A DNA stretch of 64,000 nt from Laetmonice hystrix (Eukaryota): assembly GCA_965235115.1 (NCBI GenBank), contig OZ249439.1, positions 11,160,001 to 11,224,000 of the forward strand, given 5' to 3'. Shown piece by piece: positions 9,171-23,108 of the stretch. The notes beneath the pieces were generated by a model, which saw nothing but the letters and a program-made list of their open reading frames with translations, was not told the DNA's origin and searched no databases. Made by a program: the position numbers and the translations under genes. Position 1 is the stretch's first letter; each line of letters starts with the position of its first letter.

Positions 9171-12100
9171 AGATCAGGGGACGCCGGTTGGATGATACAC
9201 CGCGCTCCACTGTATGGATCCTCTTCGGGCGCCAGCAGTGATCCAGACACGGCAACTACTTCTACACCTATCACCATGGTCTCACGAGGCTAGTAATGTA
9301 TTAATCGGACGTCAGACACAGCACACTCTGCTCTGAGTATGGTATTAAGTGCTTAACAACTGATTGACGGATGATCCCGTATGACTTTGATAACCGTCCA
9401 GCCTTAACGATAAGATATCCCCATACATACTCCCTCGGTCAGACAGCATTGTATACCGATATACATCTACAGCCAATACGTAGTCTGCAAGTTACGATAA
9501 AAAATATTTGCTTTAGAAGGCCTATATCATAGGCCTACTTACCACAACCGCTTAGACAGGAAACGCCGGATTCAATTGATGTTTCTATGTCCTTTTTGTT
9601 TTGCTATTCGTTACGCGCAAAGAAATAGCGTTGGTCAGGTCATGATGTGGACAGTCTGCTTTTGATTATCCCATTTAGACCTACCTGTGTTATCCCAGTA
9701 CGCCTACCGAAGTCCATAACTTTTTTTCTATGCGTTTCAAGGAAGTGTATATTTTTTAGTCTAGGGTTGGATGATGCTCTTTGCGCGTTTGGGTTTTATA
9801 ACATAGGGGTCTAAACAAAGGTTAGGCCTACCTCTATAGAAACAAAATATGCTAATTCTAAAAGACTGAGTGCCGATAAAAAAACGAATCTAGACGGTAC
9901 CTGCTTCGTACACGAGTCTCAAAACATTAGGAGGGATTTAGTGAAAAATTTGAACCAACAGTTAAGTTTGAAGGGGATTTAACGGCAGGCAGAATTGGTA
10001 TTCGAGGCTGTGTGCTGTATTGTTTATGTATTTGATGTGGGTTGATCCTCGGCTCACATCGGACTCCACAGAGAAACGTGACAGCGCATACCGACTTGAA
10101 ACAAACACGGCCGCCATGTTACCTGCCACGGTCGTGGCCAGAAGGCTGGTCCCTACACCACCAAGGACGGAGTCAATGTACTACACTGCCCCAAGACCCC
10201 CACCCCACACCACCTACCACCCCAGACCGTCGGGTCCTCACTGGTAGGACCCGGCAGGGGTACACATAACGTTAGAGGAGGGCAAACAGTGGCCACACCT
10301 TCTACCTCTACACTTGAAACCCGTCGCCGTCTCCAAACAAGACAGTTTGACTCAACAATTAGGCAGTCATGCCGTGTTACGTTCTGCCTCACTCACGGGT
10401 CAGCCGGTCCCCCAGACCTGGCTGTCATAGAAAATTCAAATTCACCCTCCACCGGATCAACCTCATCTCACAGTCAACGACAAAAATTTCAATTGCCTGC
10501 GCCTTGTAATTCGAATCCGTGCCTTCCACACACCACTGTTTGTATAGTAATGGTTGTCATCATCTATGGAATATGGCTAATACTATCTGTGACCCCCGCA
10601 ACCCGCCGTCTGTATATGAATTAAGGCCCTTCTACTTTCACTTCCTTCTACCCACCAATGAACACATTAAAATTATTACCCCTAAAATGGACAGTCCGTT
10701 AAGGATTTCCTTACTGGTTTTACGGGATATACAGAGGGCATATACTTTCAATTTCTGCCATTTTCAATGTAATTCTTGAAAACAAAGTGACGATAGCCTA
10801 ATGATTTCAGAATGGATTTGCAAATTTCAAATGTACAAATATACGTACAAAGAAATAGAAAATGGCTGGACGGTTGTTGATCATGTATTAGGACGCGAAC
10901 ATGTATATTACAACTTTTCCAGTCCTTGTTTTTGATGGCACGAAGGTGACTCACGATCTCAAGATTGCTTTTCACGAAAGAAAAGCGTGAAGTCTTCTAA
11001 CATGTGCCTAGAAGTTGCAGATCATACTACTGGAGCTGTAAACCAGAGAATGATCCGAAGTCGGACCTCGTCATGACGAGCAAGCGAATGTACCGGGCCA
11101 CCCGCCGCCCCCAGTGTATAGGATGCCAAGGCTATGATTTAACCTCTGACCCCCGGACACCTCAGTCACCACTCAGTCTCTGTCAGCATTCTCGGACTCT
11201 TACAAACACCTGGCAGCAGGCGCCGTTAGCAAGTCAGTTCTGGGAAGATGAGGTGGTCTTTATTGGATCAACGACCGGACCTCCTCCCCCCTCCGAGCTC
11301 AGTGACAATTGACCACTCCTCAGCCCAAGGAGTGACTTTTTTTCACTCGAATTTAATTAAAGATGCATTGTGCCAAGGACGTTCTTGCTATCTACACTTA
11401 TTCTGAAAGGAGAGACAGTTTGCCAAAAGAAATCAAACGATATTTTGTATGAGCCAACAATGTTAAAAGGACTTGGGTCAGAATCAAAAGACCCCTGGCG
11501 AAGCTTTAAATCTATGACTGTAATTTTTTTTCACAACTGCCAGAAAAGACCACAATCGTTAGAATGATACTTTACGATAAGTTACCGGAACATTTGCCCC
11601 ACTCTGCCGAGATCTCACACACCTACTGACCTACAGCCTTGAGAAAATGAAAATCGGTAGATCATCCCGGTCGATTTTAGAAGTGCCCATTCGGTATACA
11701 TGATGAGGTTCTACACTCTCCTGGCATATTAGTAGGCCTATAAAGAAAAAAAATCTCCTCGTGGTCATTTTTAGTTGACCTCTCTGTGATTGTCCGCATG
11801 CTGAGGTCCTGCCGGATGAGTAATTCTGATTCGGTCCGCTAGGGGTCATGAATCACTTCCGGCGAGGGGTCATCTACCCCGTGGCGACTACCATAGACCG
11901 TGGAGTATATGCATACATATAGACAGATCCGGTATGACTCACGCACAGACAACACACTAAAAATCACCTAAACATTTAGACTAAGCAGTCAGGTAACCCT
12001 CGATACAGTAAACTAAGAGTGACGACTTCATAACAACGTTATTAAGGCGCAGTGTGAAACGTGTCCGATAATGTAGTTATAACAGGTGCGGGGTAAGCTT

Positions 12101-14433
12101 GAGCCGACTCTGTACTAACTAATTTGATTGGAACGTTCACATATTTAGGGTGGAGACCTAAGTGCCTATGTCCTACAATAAGGATTAATGATATATTGAG
12201 GCTGCAGATTGTAATCGGACCTGGATCTTTGAAACAATCACTGCTTCCGATCTGTTCAGCTATATGAATCGGCCCTTATACAGGGGAAATTGATTTGTTT
12301 ATTACACATAAAGTTCCAACCCAAACTTCCTTACACTCCATCCCCCACTTGGCGCCGAGGAGAATCCGGCGCTGTTTTAATTAACCTGTCTCATCCCCAG
12401 ATCAGGTGCGACTTTTGTTGTTTGTTGCTTAATGATTCCATGACAGCATACACATTGCACTTAACGGTTCTATAACAACATACATGTTGATGTAAGTGTA
12501 CAAAGGATACAAACTGACTGGGCCCAAGGGCAGGATGCCTCCATAAATCGGTCGTTCACAGACTGGACAGTTTTAGCCATTGACTTATATCTTCAAAAGG
12601 TTCAGTATGGAAAGGTTTGCAGTGGCTGAGTCACGTAAACCGAGTTAATGACTCCTTATATTATATGTAACTATTTCCTCTATCTTGGGGCTTTGTTTCT
12701 GAGTAATGCCCTGTTGTTGGAGTCTGGTAGGCGGATTTTTTTTTAAGAAGAACGTGTTTGACCGCCTACTGTTAAACGTCACGGCCGGAGAAACCTGCAG
12801 GGTATAGGTCAATGACGTACCATGTGTCAGGTGGATACTTCTGTAGACAAACTTATCCTGGGGCTCTTTGGTTTTCAGGGAAAGCCTGAAAATACCGCTA
12901 CTCAAACAGTTGGTGGTAATATACTGTTACTAAAACAGTTGGTGTCAAATACTGCCATGAAATCATTAGTGTTAAAATACCATAACTGTAGGAATACCAT
13001 AACAGTACATACAAATGTACATCAATTACTGAAACAATGTTCAAATTGTCTGTAACCGTCCAAAAGATTATTTCTGAGAAACGCATTATTTCTTAAGTGT
13101 GGAACTCATACAGTACAATTCTCCCAGTAACACACGACATGAAATTCTGAGACTTTTGTTATTTTTCTTTACCCGAAGTTTACAACGTGACTATAACAGA
13201 CAAGCATTCTGTGTTAGTCGAATCTATAAATACGAATATCAAACCCATTAAAAGTGGACAATCTTCAATGAAAGCACGAGGAGACGCACACAGTAATCCA
13301 AAAAAATCATATACACATATTATCAATGCCGATCTGTGCGAATACTGTGGCTATTAAGCCTCAACAATCGGCACAAAGCGCCAAACACCCAAATCAGGCC
13401 ACATTACCATAAAAAACTTTTTGAGTGAAGGATTTGGTCAATATTTGCTTTGCCCACATTCTCCACAAAACTAAACACAGTGACAATGTCCCTGAATTAC
13501 GGTAGCTGGCACTGGGTGACGTGAAAGGGATACTAACGAGGACATTATAGTTTTAATCGGCCAAATAATGACGTCACCACCAGCGTTTCATGCTGATCAG
13601 ATATTGAACATCTACTTCTCACCAACAAACAATTTGTATTGTTTCCATATCTGTGTAGGTGTCAAGTAAGCAGGTATGAGGTCGGCTGGCTGATTGTCAA
13701 CCAGTAGCCGTGTCGCCTGCATTATGCACTTACATGCTAAGGTCACAATGACATTTTGTTCCCACAGGGAACGTTTTTAAAACGTTTCGGGAACTTTTTT
13801 TGTCGTAGGTGGACAGGTACTTTCATGTTTCGCGGTACAGGTATAGGTTTACTCCGTGCGATATGACTGTACATCACTCCTATACAATAAAGTGATCCAG
13901 TGAGGCGGCGCCTGACGCCTCTATGATTTATAGTACAAGGAATTAGCAAAGGCGGCGGTGTATAAGATAAAGGCGTCAGGTCCGATCCTTCCGCCCCAGT
14001 AGTGCTGAAAGCACGACCTCACGTGCCCCACCAGAATTGATGGTTTCAGAACGCTATGGTGGCGAACACATATTAAGTATGCGCGGATTAGGAAGTATAC
14101 GATACGTTCAACCTTTCTCATGGCCCCAATATCATCAATATTCTAGTGTCATTCATTACCAGAAAAATTACATTTATAGGGCGTAAAACACGGGCAGGTT
14201 AGCTGAGGTATAGGCCTACATGGCATTCATAATTATATACATGCACCTATTGCCATGTTTGGGCTGGGGTAAGTATAGCTCTAATTAGTGGCATACATTA
14301 AAGGGCAGCTATTGTTGATCACGTGATTGACGCCCTACCGATCCAGCGTCCGTCTGGGCCCGGTTTGTCAGACTTTGAGACGCTGAGCGTCAGCTATAAA
14401 TTCCTCTACTCGATCTGGCTGTACCTCTGAAAG

Positions 14434-14686
14434 GGAGAGAGAGGCAGAGACAGAGAGAGACCGAGGCAGAGAGGGAGAGACCGAGGCAGAGAGNNNNNNN
14501 NNNNNNNNNNNNNNNNNNNNNNNNNNNNNNNNNNNNNNNNNNNNNNNNNNNNNNNNNNNNNNNNNNNNNNNNNNNNNNNNNNNNNNNNNNNNNNNNNNNN
14601 NNNNNNNNNNNNNNNNNNNNNNNNNNNNNNNNNNNNNNNNNNNNNNNNNNNNNNNNNNNNNNNNNNNNNNNNNNNNNNNNNNNNNN
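14434..14686. other. GA-rich simple repeat running into an assembly gap (N 14494-14686)
   Basis: Direct reading. Confidence 0.97.
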
Positions 14687-17600
14687 CTGGGTGATCGCAG
14701 ATGCGTCGTTTTGCACCTTTAAGCCTGGTGTTATTGATTTAGATACACAATATGTCTTTTTTGTTTGTTGAACTGAACAAATTCAGAAGTCTAATTTTTT
14801 AAAAAGCATGCCCCGTTCGGGGGAGATAGCTAGTGGTGCGCTATAAATCAGGTCACATGTTTATGACGTCATTGCATGTTTGCGACGCCGACTGAGAGAT
14901 GAAGTATTTTTGCCCCGCTGAGGCCAGCGCCTCGCCATGTTCAGTACAGACTAGGGCCGTGACGCCTCGTGTAGCCAGTTAAGGCGCCATTGTCGGCAGA
15001 GAAACGCAGCCTATGTCAGTGACAGTGTTAGGGGCCGCCAACACAAGGCCCAGCCGAGACAAACACCGGCCGTGACAAACTCTGTACCTGCCCGAGGTGA
15101 GGTGTAGGTGCGACTTCAGTATAATATCATCGACCTCTACATGTTTGTCAGACTTTTTATCGGGTGCAGGGGACATTCTCATATTTCAGTCAAAAACATT
15201 CAGTTTATATGGACTTCTTGCTTTCCAGCGTTAAAAAGGGGCCTCCTTCTGAAACACGTCCATCAACTTACCTATATCTAAAGGGGCCTCCATGATATTG
15301 ACTGCAACTCAGCTTAATGATGCATATAATTAAATTTGGATCCTCATATACACGTGCCGTTTGCCCATCTTTGTGTGGGGAGGAAATCTAATTTCTCCCG
15401 GCGATGAATCGGCTAGGTGAAAGGCGACCACAAACCGTATCACATTATGTGACTGATGGTGCCGGTGTGACCTGTGTCGAAACGTGACTGGAATTCCTCT
15501 TCAAGAAGCGGCCTCCAAAGATGTCACGAATATTCGGTGTATAGATGATCTCCACCGCAGCTGTGGACCTGAATCTTCACAGTATGATCTTATATGGGCT
15601 GAAAGTGGCGATGACCGAGTGAGCACAGTCATTACACTTATAGCCTATTTATAACAAACTCTGAGACGTAAACAGGAGTAAACAACCTTTATACATTCAC
15701 CTTGCACCCTTAACTGTCGTTGGTCTCCAACCAAAGGGCATCCCACCCCCTACAGTTGTCATGGTGACGTGGTATGGGTCCCTTCAAATCCGTATGTCTA
15801 CATGTTAGCAAAAAAAGCCTCAAATTTAGGAAGTACAAATGTATCACATCTTTAAAATGGTATCTTCTCCGTTATCATGCAGCAGGAACGCAGCAGTATA
15901 CCGTGATAACAACTGCGTATGGGATGAATTGGTTGTGTCACTACTGAACTTGAATGATAACGATGTTGTATATTCAATTTCTAACTAAATGTAGAAGGTT
16001 AAAGCGTGTTTGGGCTAGTACATCGAATTCATCTAATTCAACGTTTGCCATAATTTGTAGGGTCAAATTATTCATCACATTTTACTCTGTGGACATACTG
16101 GTATATATGCACACGTATGCGGACAGTTACTTCATATGTGCTGCCGTGCGACCTGGACAAATTTACACATCGACTGCGGCATGCCAGTCTTCCTTCTAGC
16201 CTCTGGCAAAGATGTAATATGAACTGATGACAAACTATTGCGACTCGCAAGTTTCATTTCGAGTTGTGATCGTGTGGAAGTGTTCACACTCGAGCATGCT
16301 TGATGGAATAATATACGTGTGCTCGTCAGAACATGAATGTGTGTGGGAGCCCGCGGCATTCCGACTTGTGTGACGTTCAGGGTCTGCACCCAGAGACAGC
16401 GGCACGTGCAATCAGTCTACCGTTCTACAGGAAGAGAATCTTGGAAACAAATTTATGATGGCTCTGATCTAGATTAGATTGCTTACAATATTCTCATCAT
16501 CGGTCAAGGTCAAGCCAAGGTCGATCAGCCCATTGAGAGGAGAGTCAGCTGAATTGTAAGCCGTATCACAAAGGGAGAAAACTAAGAAAAACTCATTCCT
16601 TTCTTCGCCCATACATCTCTTAAGAGTATGTAAAAATGTATATAAATTCTGCGCTCTCCAAGAAAAAATATTTTCTATGACGTAAATTCGCCAGAATATC
16701 CCCCCAAAAATCGCAGGGCGTCTAATTGGTTTTAATCCATACGAACAGATGAGTCAGGAAATAAACAACTTGGAATCGGCAGGGTGATTTTCCGGGTGAT
16801 TTGACATTAAAGAATGGAATCCAGCACACTATAATTAATGGCAATCCGTTTCGAATTCGCCAAATGGGGCCCTTCTGTTTAAAATCGCAATGTGATCCAG
16901 AGAACGACAAGACAAATAGCCTAAGCAGCCAATCAGAAGCGTTAAAGCAAGTTCTTAAGTTTTTACGAACTGGGCCCTGGACCTTTAGGATAGCCTCGGT
17001 ACAACAGATACCGTGGATGGGTGGGGGAGGGGGATGTGGATCTGAGGGGATGGGTGCGGAGGAACAGGTACAGAGATCCATAAGTTTGGTGCACTTGGTG
17101 CACGTTATCAGGTCACGGTAACCACTCAACACTTCACAAACCATGAACATACTCCAAGCCCTGTCCCAGGACCCATTTACCATCCCTGACGACGGGGCTC
17201 TGGGACTGAAGTGCTGACAGTCCGCAGGGTCACTGATAAACCCATTATCTCAACTTAGTAATTAATAGCAGCGGAAAAGGAAGAGATAATTTTCGCAGGT
17301 GTGTCTCTTTAATATCCCAGCCGGACGGGTTTGAACGACACTGATCTTGCTAGCAATGAAATCTCGTTGACAACCGGTAACACACCGCATTACCCCTGAA
17401 ACGACACGTGACGTGACGTATAGCTTCCCCCTTGACGTGTCTGGAAATGAGGTGGCAACACAAAACACGACTGGCGTTTGTGTAATGTCTGCCAATACAA
17501 CACCGAAAGAATCATACTTGTCCAAAAACAAACTTAAGACAGAGCGATTTTTCTCCAGGAATGTCCTGAAATGAGAACAGAAAGTCAATAAATTATGAGT

Positions 17601-20600
17601 TAAGAGCATGGAATCTTGTTGAACTGCGCATGGATGAAATGACTTGCGAAAGTTTACCTCATGCCAAAGGATGCTGTTGGGAAATAAAGCGTAACAGACA
17701 GCATGTGAAAGTAGGGATGGGACAGGCCGGCCCACTATACAACCTTAAGGTATCATACATATCACCAGCAAAGGACGGGAACTGAGGCATCAGTGTGAAC
17801 ATGCCAATTCCGTCCGCTGTATCAAGATGGCTCTTTTTAGCTGTGTTGGACCGTTATGTGAGCAACCGTGTGCGGTCAGCTAGATGGCAGAACAGGCCAG
17901 GTAGACTGCCCGAGGGGGGAGAGCGAGTACCACTTCAAAGTGCCGACGCCATGGCACAGGACGTTGGCGGTATGCCAGCGGACTATGGATATGATGATGA
18001 CAACCGCCAAGGGCTCTGAACAGAACCATGTATATAGTTTGCGCCTCGCTCGATGCTGCAACGTTCAGTTCCGGCCTATATGTATACACTGGGGTAAACG
18101 GTATACCTTCGGCTCGAACCTCTCTGTGTTATATGGGGGGGGGGGGGGGGTTCTGCTCCTACATGTGTCTGCAACTATAGATGTATACTTGATGTGCTCT
18201 GCATAGATCTATACGATAAACCTATGAGGAATTCCAAGCTCCAGGTTAACTTCCGAACGCCCTATTCGGAGGTTAGTGTCGGCCGTGCCCTTGACAGCGC
18301 AGATTTCGTTTCCTTTCACAAGTATGCATTTATTTACACGACATCGGCACTATTTACGAATAATTACCGTGAGCGGTGCAGTAATGGCCTGCACACCAAC
18401 TCTCCCCTAAGGATGCCTTCTCAAAGGACCTGCTAGATGTTAATAACGAAAAAGGTGAACTTTGCATGGTCGCCTTCCAAAACACCTATCGGAGAGGGCG
18501 GTAACCGCATTAACGACCTAGAGGTGTCCAACAGACAGCCAACATGCATTCTGTTCACCACTTCTACTATAAAATGGCCTGGCAACAGAACAGCACGAGT
18601 TGTAGTTTATTAAGTCTCTTTGACGTGCAGCGAATTGACGGGCGTCGCCCTCTCAGTGGACGATCAGGTAGGTTTGTTGGAGTTGGGTCCAAATCTCATC
18701 CTAAACCTAAAAACACTGCAGGATTTCCCGTTTCCGGAACATGAAATCGCTACGATTACCATGCTTCCGGAAGATTGCAACTGCAGATACTCAGTTTCTG
18801 GAACCGGTGGTTTCAATGAGCGCCAGTTTTCAGTGCTAAATTGCCAAATAACTTTTTGTCGCCCGCTTCGGTCGTCATCTGTACAAATGTGTCAGCTCTG
18901 TGAATGACACGTGAAGCAAATACCAGAGCACATGAATCCAAACTTTGAGAGCAGCAAGTAATATTTGTCCTGATTTAGAGTGGCTGTGGTCGTATCGCGC
19001 TCAGTCACCTAGTTCGGTGGTAATAGGCCATACCCTTCACCCACAAAGTGTTACATGTAGGCCCAGATCTGTAATGGCAGTAGAATGAAACCAGACAGTT
19101 AACGGACGACCAGGTGACTGATGTTGTGGAGTCAGACAGGCAACATGATAAGTGTAATAATGCGGTATGTGGTGAAATAGAGCGCAATCTCTGCTGGCGT
19201 GCAGATGGCGGCCGCACCACGCCCCCCACCTCCCCCCTACCTCCCCCCGGGTGACGTGAAGCAGGCCGCCATCCCCACCCCGCTCTCCGGCACGCCAAAC
19301 CTCTGTTCTCCCTGACTGCACCCTTCACCTCCATACCACATGTCCAGATACACCGGATTTTACCCTGCTCGACTCCCACCTCAGGCTGACCACACCAAGT
19401 CAACGACTCAGGCGTGGTGAAACGTCGCAAAGGTCATGAGCTGCTTGACCTTTGTCATGTCAATGTGCCAGTAAAACGGCGCTCATCTGGGCATGCGTTA
19501 ATCCGAATAGATAACTGTCCTCATTTAGTTGTTTCACGGTCCATCGCGCCCCCATCACAAAACTACCACCACCCCGGCGTCCAAAAACACCCGTGTAAAT
19601 GCTAACACGCATGCATACTGAATTCTGTCAGAAATGTCGGTCACAAAACATGCAGGTTTACTTATAATCATGTGGTCTTCATCACGACCAGCTGTAGCAT
19701 GGCGGGAGTGATTAATAATAACAATTAAAAATGTTTATGGGTTGATTCACGACCGTGCAATGAGCTGAGTACAATGGGGAGGCACGGAATACACTCCGAA
19801 AAATGTATAAATTAATGAAAATGGCCCAGTACTGTAGGAGTGCGTTATGTGAAGGCTGGGTCATGGTGTAGGAATTCCATCTCCGACCAATTAGTCTATG
19901 TTTTCTGCAGGTATTCGTCGCTGTCCCAATTGTATAGTATATTGTCCGTGTGAGCCGTGCGTGTACCTGCAGAGGTCCGAGCATGTATACGTTAAATGTA
20001 TATGTGGATATTGTGATCTGCACACCTTTAATTCGGGATCCACGGGGCACGGATGACGGTGTGACTTTATATTGTTCTACCATGGCCTCCTACCGGAGAC
20101 ATTTTGTATCATTTCTTTGGGCTAGGCAGTCTACATCCGCGAGAGCGGAAATCCACAATTAGCTCAGTTTTTATTCCACGTGGCCACGTTTTAAAAGCAG
20201 TGATAATGACGCCTAGTGTTAATGGTATCCGTTAGAACAACCAGCAGTAGGCCTAATTCTGGCTACATGACGCCACATGGTCTAGTTACTAATCAGGTCA
20301 GAGATGAGAGCATACTACATTTGTCTTCCTAATCCTACATACGGACCGTATAGTGGCTAATGACTCCGAACTGTATCTCTGGTTCGTTTATAGTCGATCG
20401 TTGAAAATGTAACTCACCACGTGAATCATTGGTCTACTATTGGGATGTCAACCTCAGAAGTAATCACAGCCTGACCATGCTGCAAACGTCGACATGGTCT
20501 ATACACTGCGAGATGGTAGAATGTCAACTTTGTTAAATGTCACTGCCACCACGTCGTACCTATAGGTATTTGTATTGCCGAGGTATACTATACGCTATTG

Positions 20601-21489
20601 TTTGAGAGTGTCCAGTTATTGCCGTCCGTAGCGTACCTGTTTGTAGGTAGAGCATACATTATCAGAACACATTGTCCCCAGTTGAGGACAACTGCCGCCC
20701 GTCCATCCTATGTGCAAACAATGCCGTATTCAGACTGGCCCATTTCTCGGGTACACTTCCGTCGATGGAAGCGAACCCGCCCGCCCCAGTCTGTCAGAGT
20801 CAGCCAGGTAGCCATAGGTCATCAACTCAACTCTTATACTACCAGTGGTAATTAATCTAATTAGCCATCCACGTTGTGCACACATTCACCCATCCATCCG
20901 TACATATACGTACGTAAACACCCATGAACCGGTGTTACGCCTACCGTAACGTTACGTCATTACGTACCGACAATAGACCATTTTCCGAACTACTACTAGC
21001 GCCACCTACAAGCTCCTTAGCGACGCCAAAGTCGGTGCAAGCGCACCGCGTTGCCAGCGCTTGGGCAATAGCGAACAGTGAAGAAAGAGGTGTTGAGCAA
21101 ATCTGGGATTTTGAGTTTCTCCGTGTCAATATGAGCAGTTCTGGGTGGCAAGATTAATAAAACAATAGGGGTGACACGATACAGTAAGTTGGAATCTCGG
21201 TAACAGGCAGAAATAAGTTTTAATCGTGGTGTGAAGTTGAACGGTCGGAACTTTGACTTGAGCGATATTAGCAACATCGAGACACCTGACAGTCGAAAAC
21301 ATTTCGATACTGACCATTAATGCCATCAGGTAGCAAGCACTGTTGGTATGGAACATGTAGATTCTACAAGTAACAGTAGATATGGGGCAGGAAACAGTAA
21401 ATCAAGGCCATCCATGGATGATGTCAGGGGTTTTTTTTACCTTCCCGGGACCCGTACGACAGAGAGGGCTGCACAACCCGTAGCCATAT

Positions 21490-21760
21490 ACCCTATGTAA
21501 AATTCACTGTAGGCCATATGTGTAAAACTATCGTAATATATAGATCTTTAGGCCCTAAAAAATATTTGCCCGTCTAAAACTCCCGCAATGTGTAAAAATT
21601 CTGCCCGTAGGCCCCTATGTAAAAAATCTTCGTTCTCCCAGTATGTAAAATTCTGCCTATAGGCTATGTAAAATTGATTTTTACCCGTATATAAATCTAG
21701 GCTAATAATATGTAGGCCCCCTATGTAAAATATCTCCCATTAGGTAAATGTGAAAAATTA
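21490..21760. repeat. Decayed AT-rich tandem repeat built on TGTAAAA (~25-bp unit)
   Basis: At least 7 TGTAAAA copies, often within cccctatgtaaaatt-like contexts. Confidence 0.65.
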
Positions 21761-21868
21761 GATCTACTGACGAATATAAAATTGAGGAATCAACAGCTGG
21801 TTCCTCCCTCAATAAAAATACATTATAAATTAATAAACTAATAAACTAATAATTAATTTGTTTTGGTC

Positions 21869-22194
21869 ATGATAGCATCCCGCAAACGAAAAGCTCCCGG
21901 TGAACGGCTACCCCGCCTTGCACCTAAACAAGCGCCCCGGCCACCCGCGACGCTTGACCCCCGCCCGAGACCACTCAGCCGGCCCGTGTGTGTCAACCAG
22001 CTGCTGTCGATCGGCAGTTCGAGTTCCGAAACACAACTTGATAACTCTACCAGTGACGCTTTATTATACCCAGAAATAGTCACACCGCGTTCTTGGAGGG
22101 ATGATCGTAGTCGGGGGCCGGTCCAAGTTTTGAAATATTCTATTTTGCTAGGTTTTGTGAGCAGTTCAAAATCAGCTCTCTCGAGTGATTGCCC
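21869..22194 (+). CDS. Candidate upstream coding exon of the INF2-like gene (N-terminal extension)
   Basis: The ORF MIASRKRKAPGERLPRLAPKQAPRPP...SSDCP ends CC|GTAGGT. Using this phase-2 donor removes the stop and joins in frame to 22627. Confidence 0.35.
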
Positions 22195-22626
22195 GTAGGT
22201 TAACTATGGCGAACCCCGGTCGTCAAGTAGCCGCTTGCCCCGTGTTTCAAAACGAGGCAGCATAGCAACCCGCAACGGAAAACGGTCTATTGGTCTGCAA
22301 AACGTCTGACATAAGTTAACGTTAACTGATCCCTGCCGTAAATTACTGCCGAACGATTACACACGGCGTCCGTTTGTAGCGGTGGCACCTTAAGTAGATT
22401 ACTGTTACTGAAAATTAGAAGCAGGTGCAGTAATTTTATATCGTCGACGTTTCCACATTGCTCAGCTGTAGGCCGATGTAGTGCAACCTACAAACTACGC
22501 TTACCCCTGAGTCAAGAATCGCAGATAATTAATTATCACAGCTGTAGAACTACACTTCCTTATCTGATTAATTACACACATGTATGTTATATTTGCACTG
22601 ATCCCCCACATTTTGTTATCTTACAG

Positions 22627-23108
22627 TGGTAACAGTTCAGAAGCAGACCCAGTTTCCGAAGAGGCGAACGCTACGAGAAGCCGTGGACGCTGTGAGCAGA
22701 CGACATTTTTCAAACAGTACGTCGAGCGCCAGAGCAGCCCAACCGAGAAGTGGAACGCCGTAGTAAAGCGCTCCATCATTGGCTGCGCTGTCCGGGCTGA
22801 CACCAATCAGGAACCTCGTCACGCCCTGCGCACAATCCGCTCCCCTACCGTTCAGACATATTCAGCATTGAGGCGCAAGCTAACGCAATGCAACGGCACA
22901 GAATGGATGGTGCAGTTTCTTCAAGCCGATGGATTGGCTTTACTTATTGATGCCCTTGAGAAATTATGTGATCAAACTACAGCGGTTACTTTTGTGGATA
23001 CCTTCCTTCAATTGGAATGTGTCGGATGCGTACGTGCAGTCATGAATTCGCAAACGGGATTAGACTACATTGTTGAGAACCGAGATTTTACCCGCAAGTT
23101 GGCTGCAG
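22627..23108 (+). CDS. INF2: Inverted formin-2-like exon (GBD/DID start; equivalent to vertebrate exon 2)
   Basis: ...EKWNAVVKRS...YSALRRKL...WMVQFLQADGLALLIDALEKL...LQLECVGCVRAVMNSQTGLDYIV...RKLAA. ttacag acceptor (phase 2) and CAG|GTGAGT donor (phase 1). Confidence 0.95.

Noticed and set aside
14390-14716. ORFs spanning N runs (also 41076-41572)
   Set aside because: Gap artefacts.
19205-19312. agATGGCGGCC start with Pro-rich MAAAPRPPPPPYLPP as the INF2 first coding exon
   Set aside because: The available donors are phase 0 or 1, not the phase 2 required, and the ORF stops after 36 codons.
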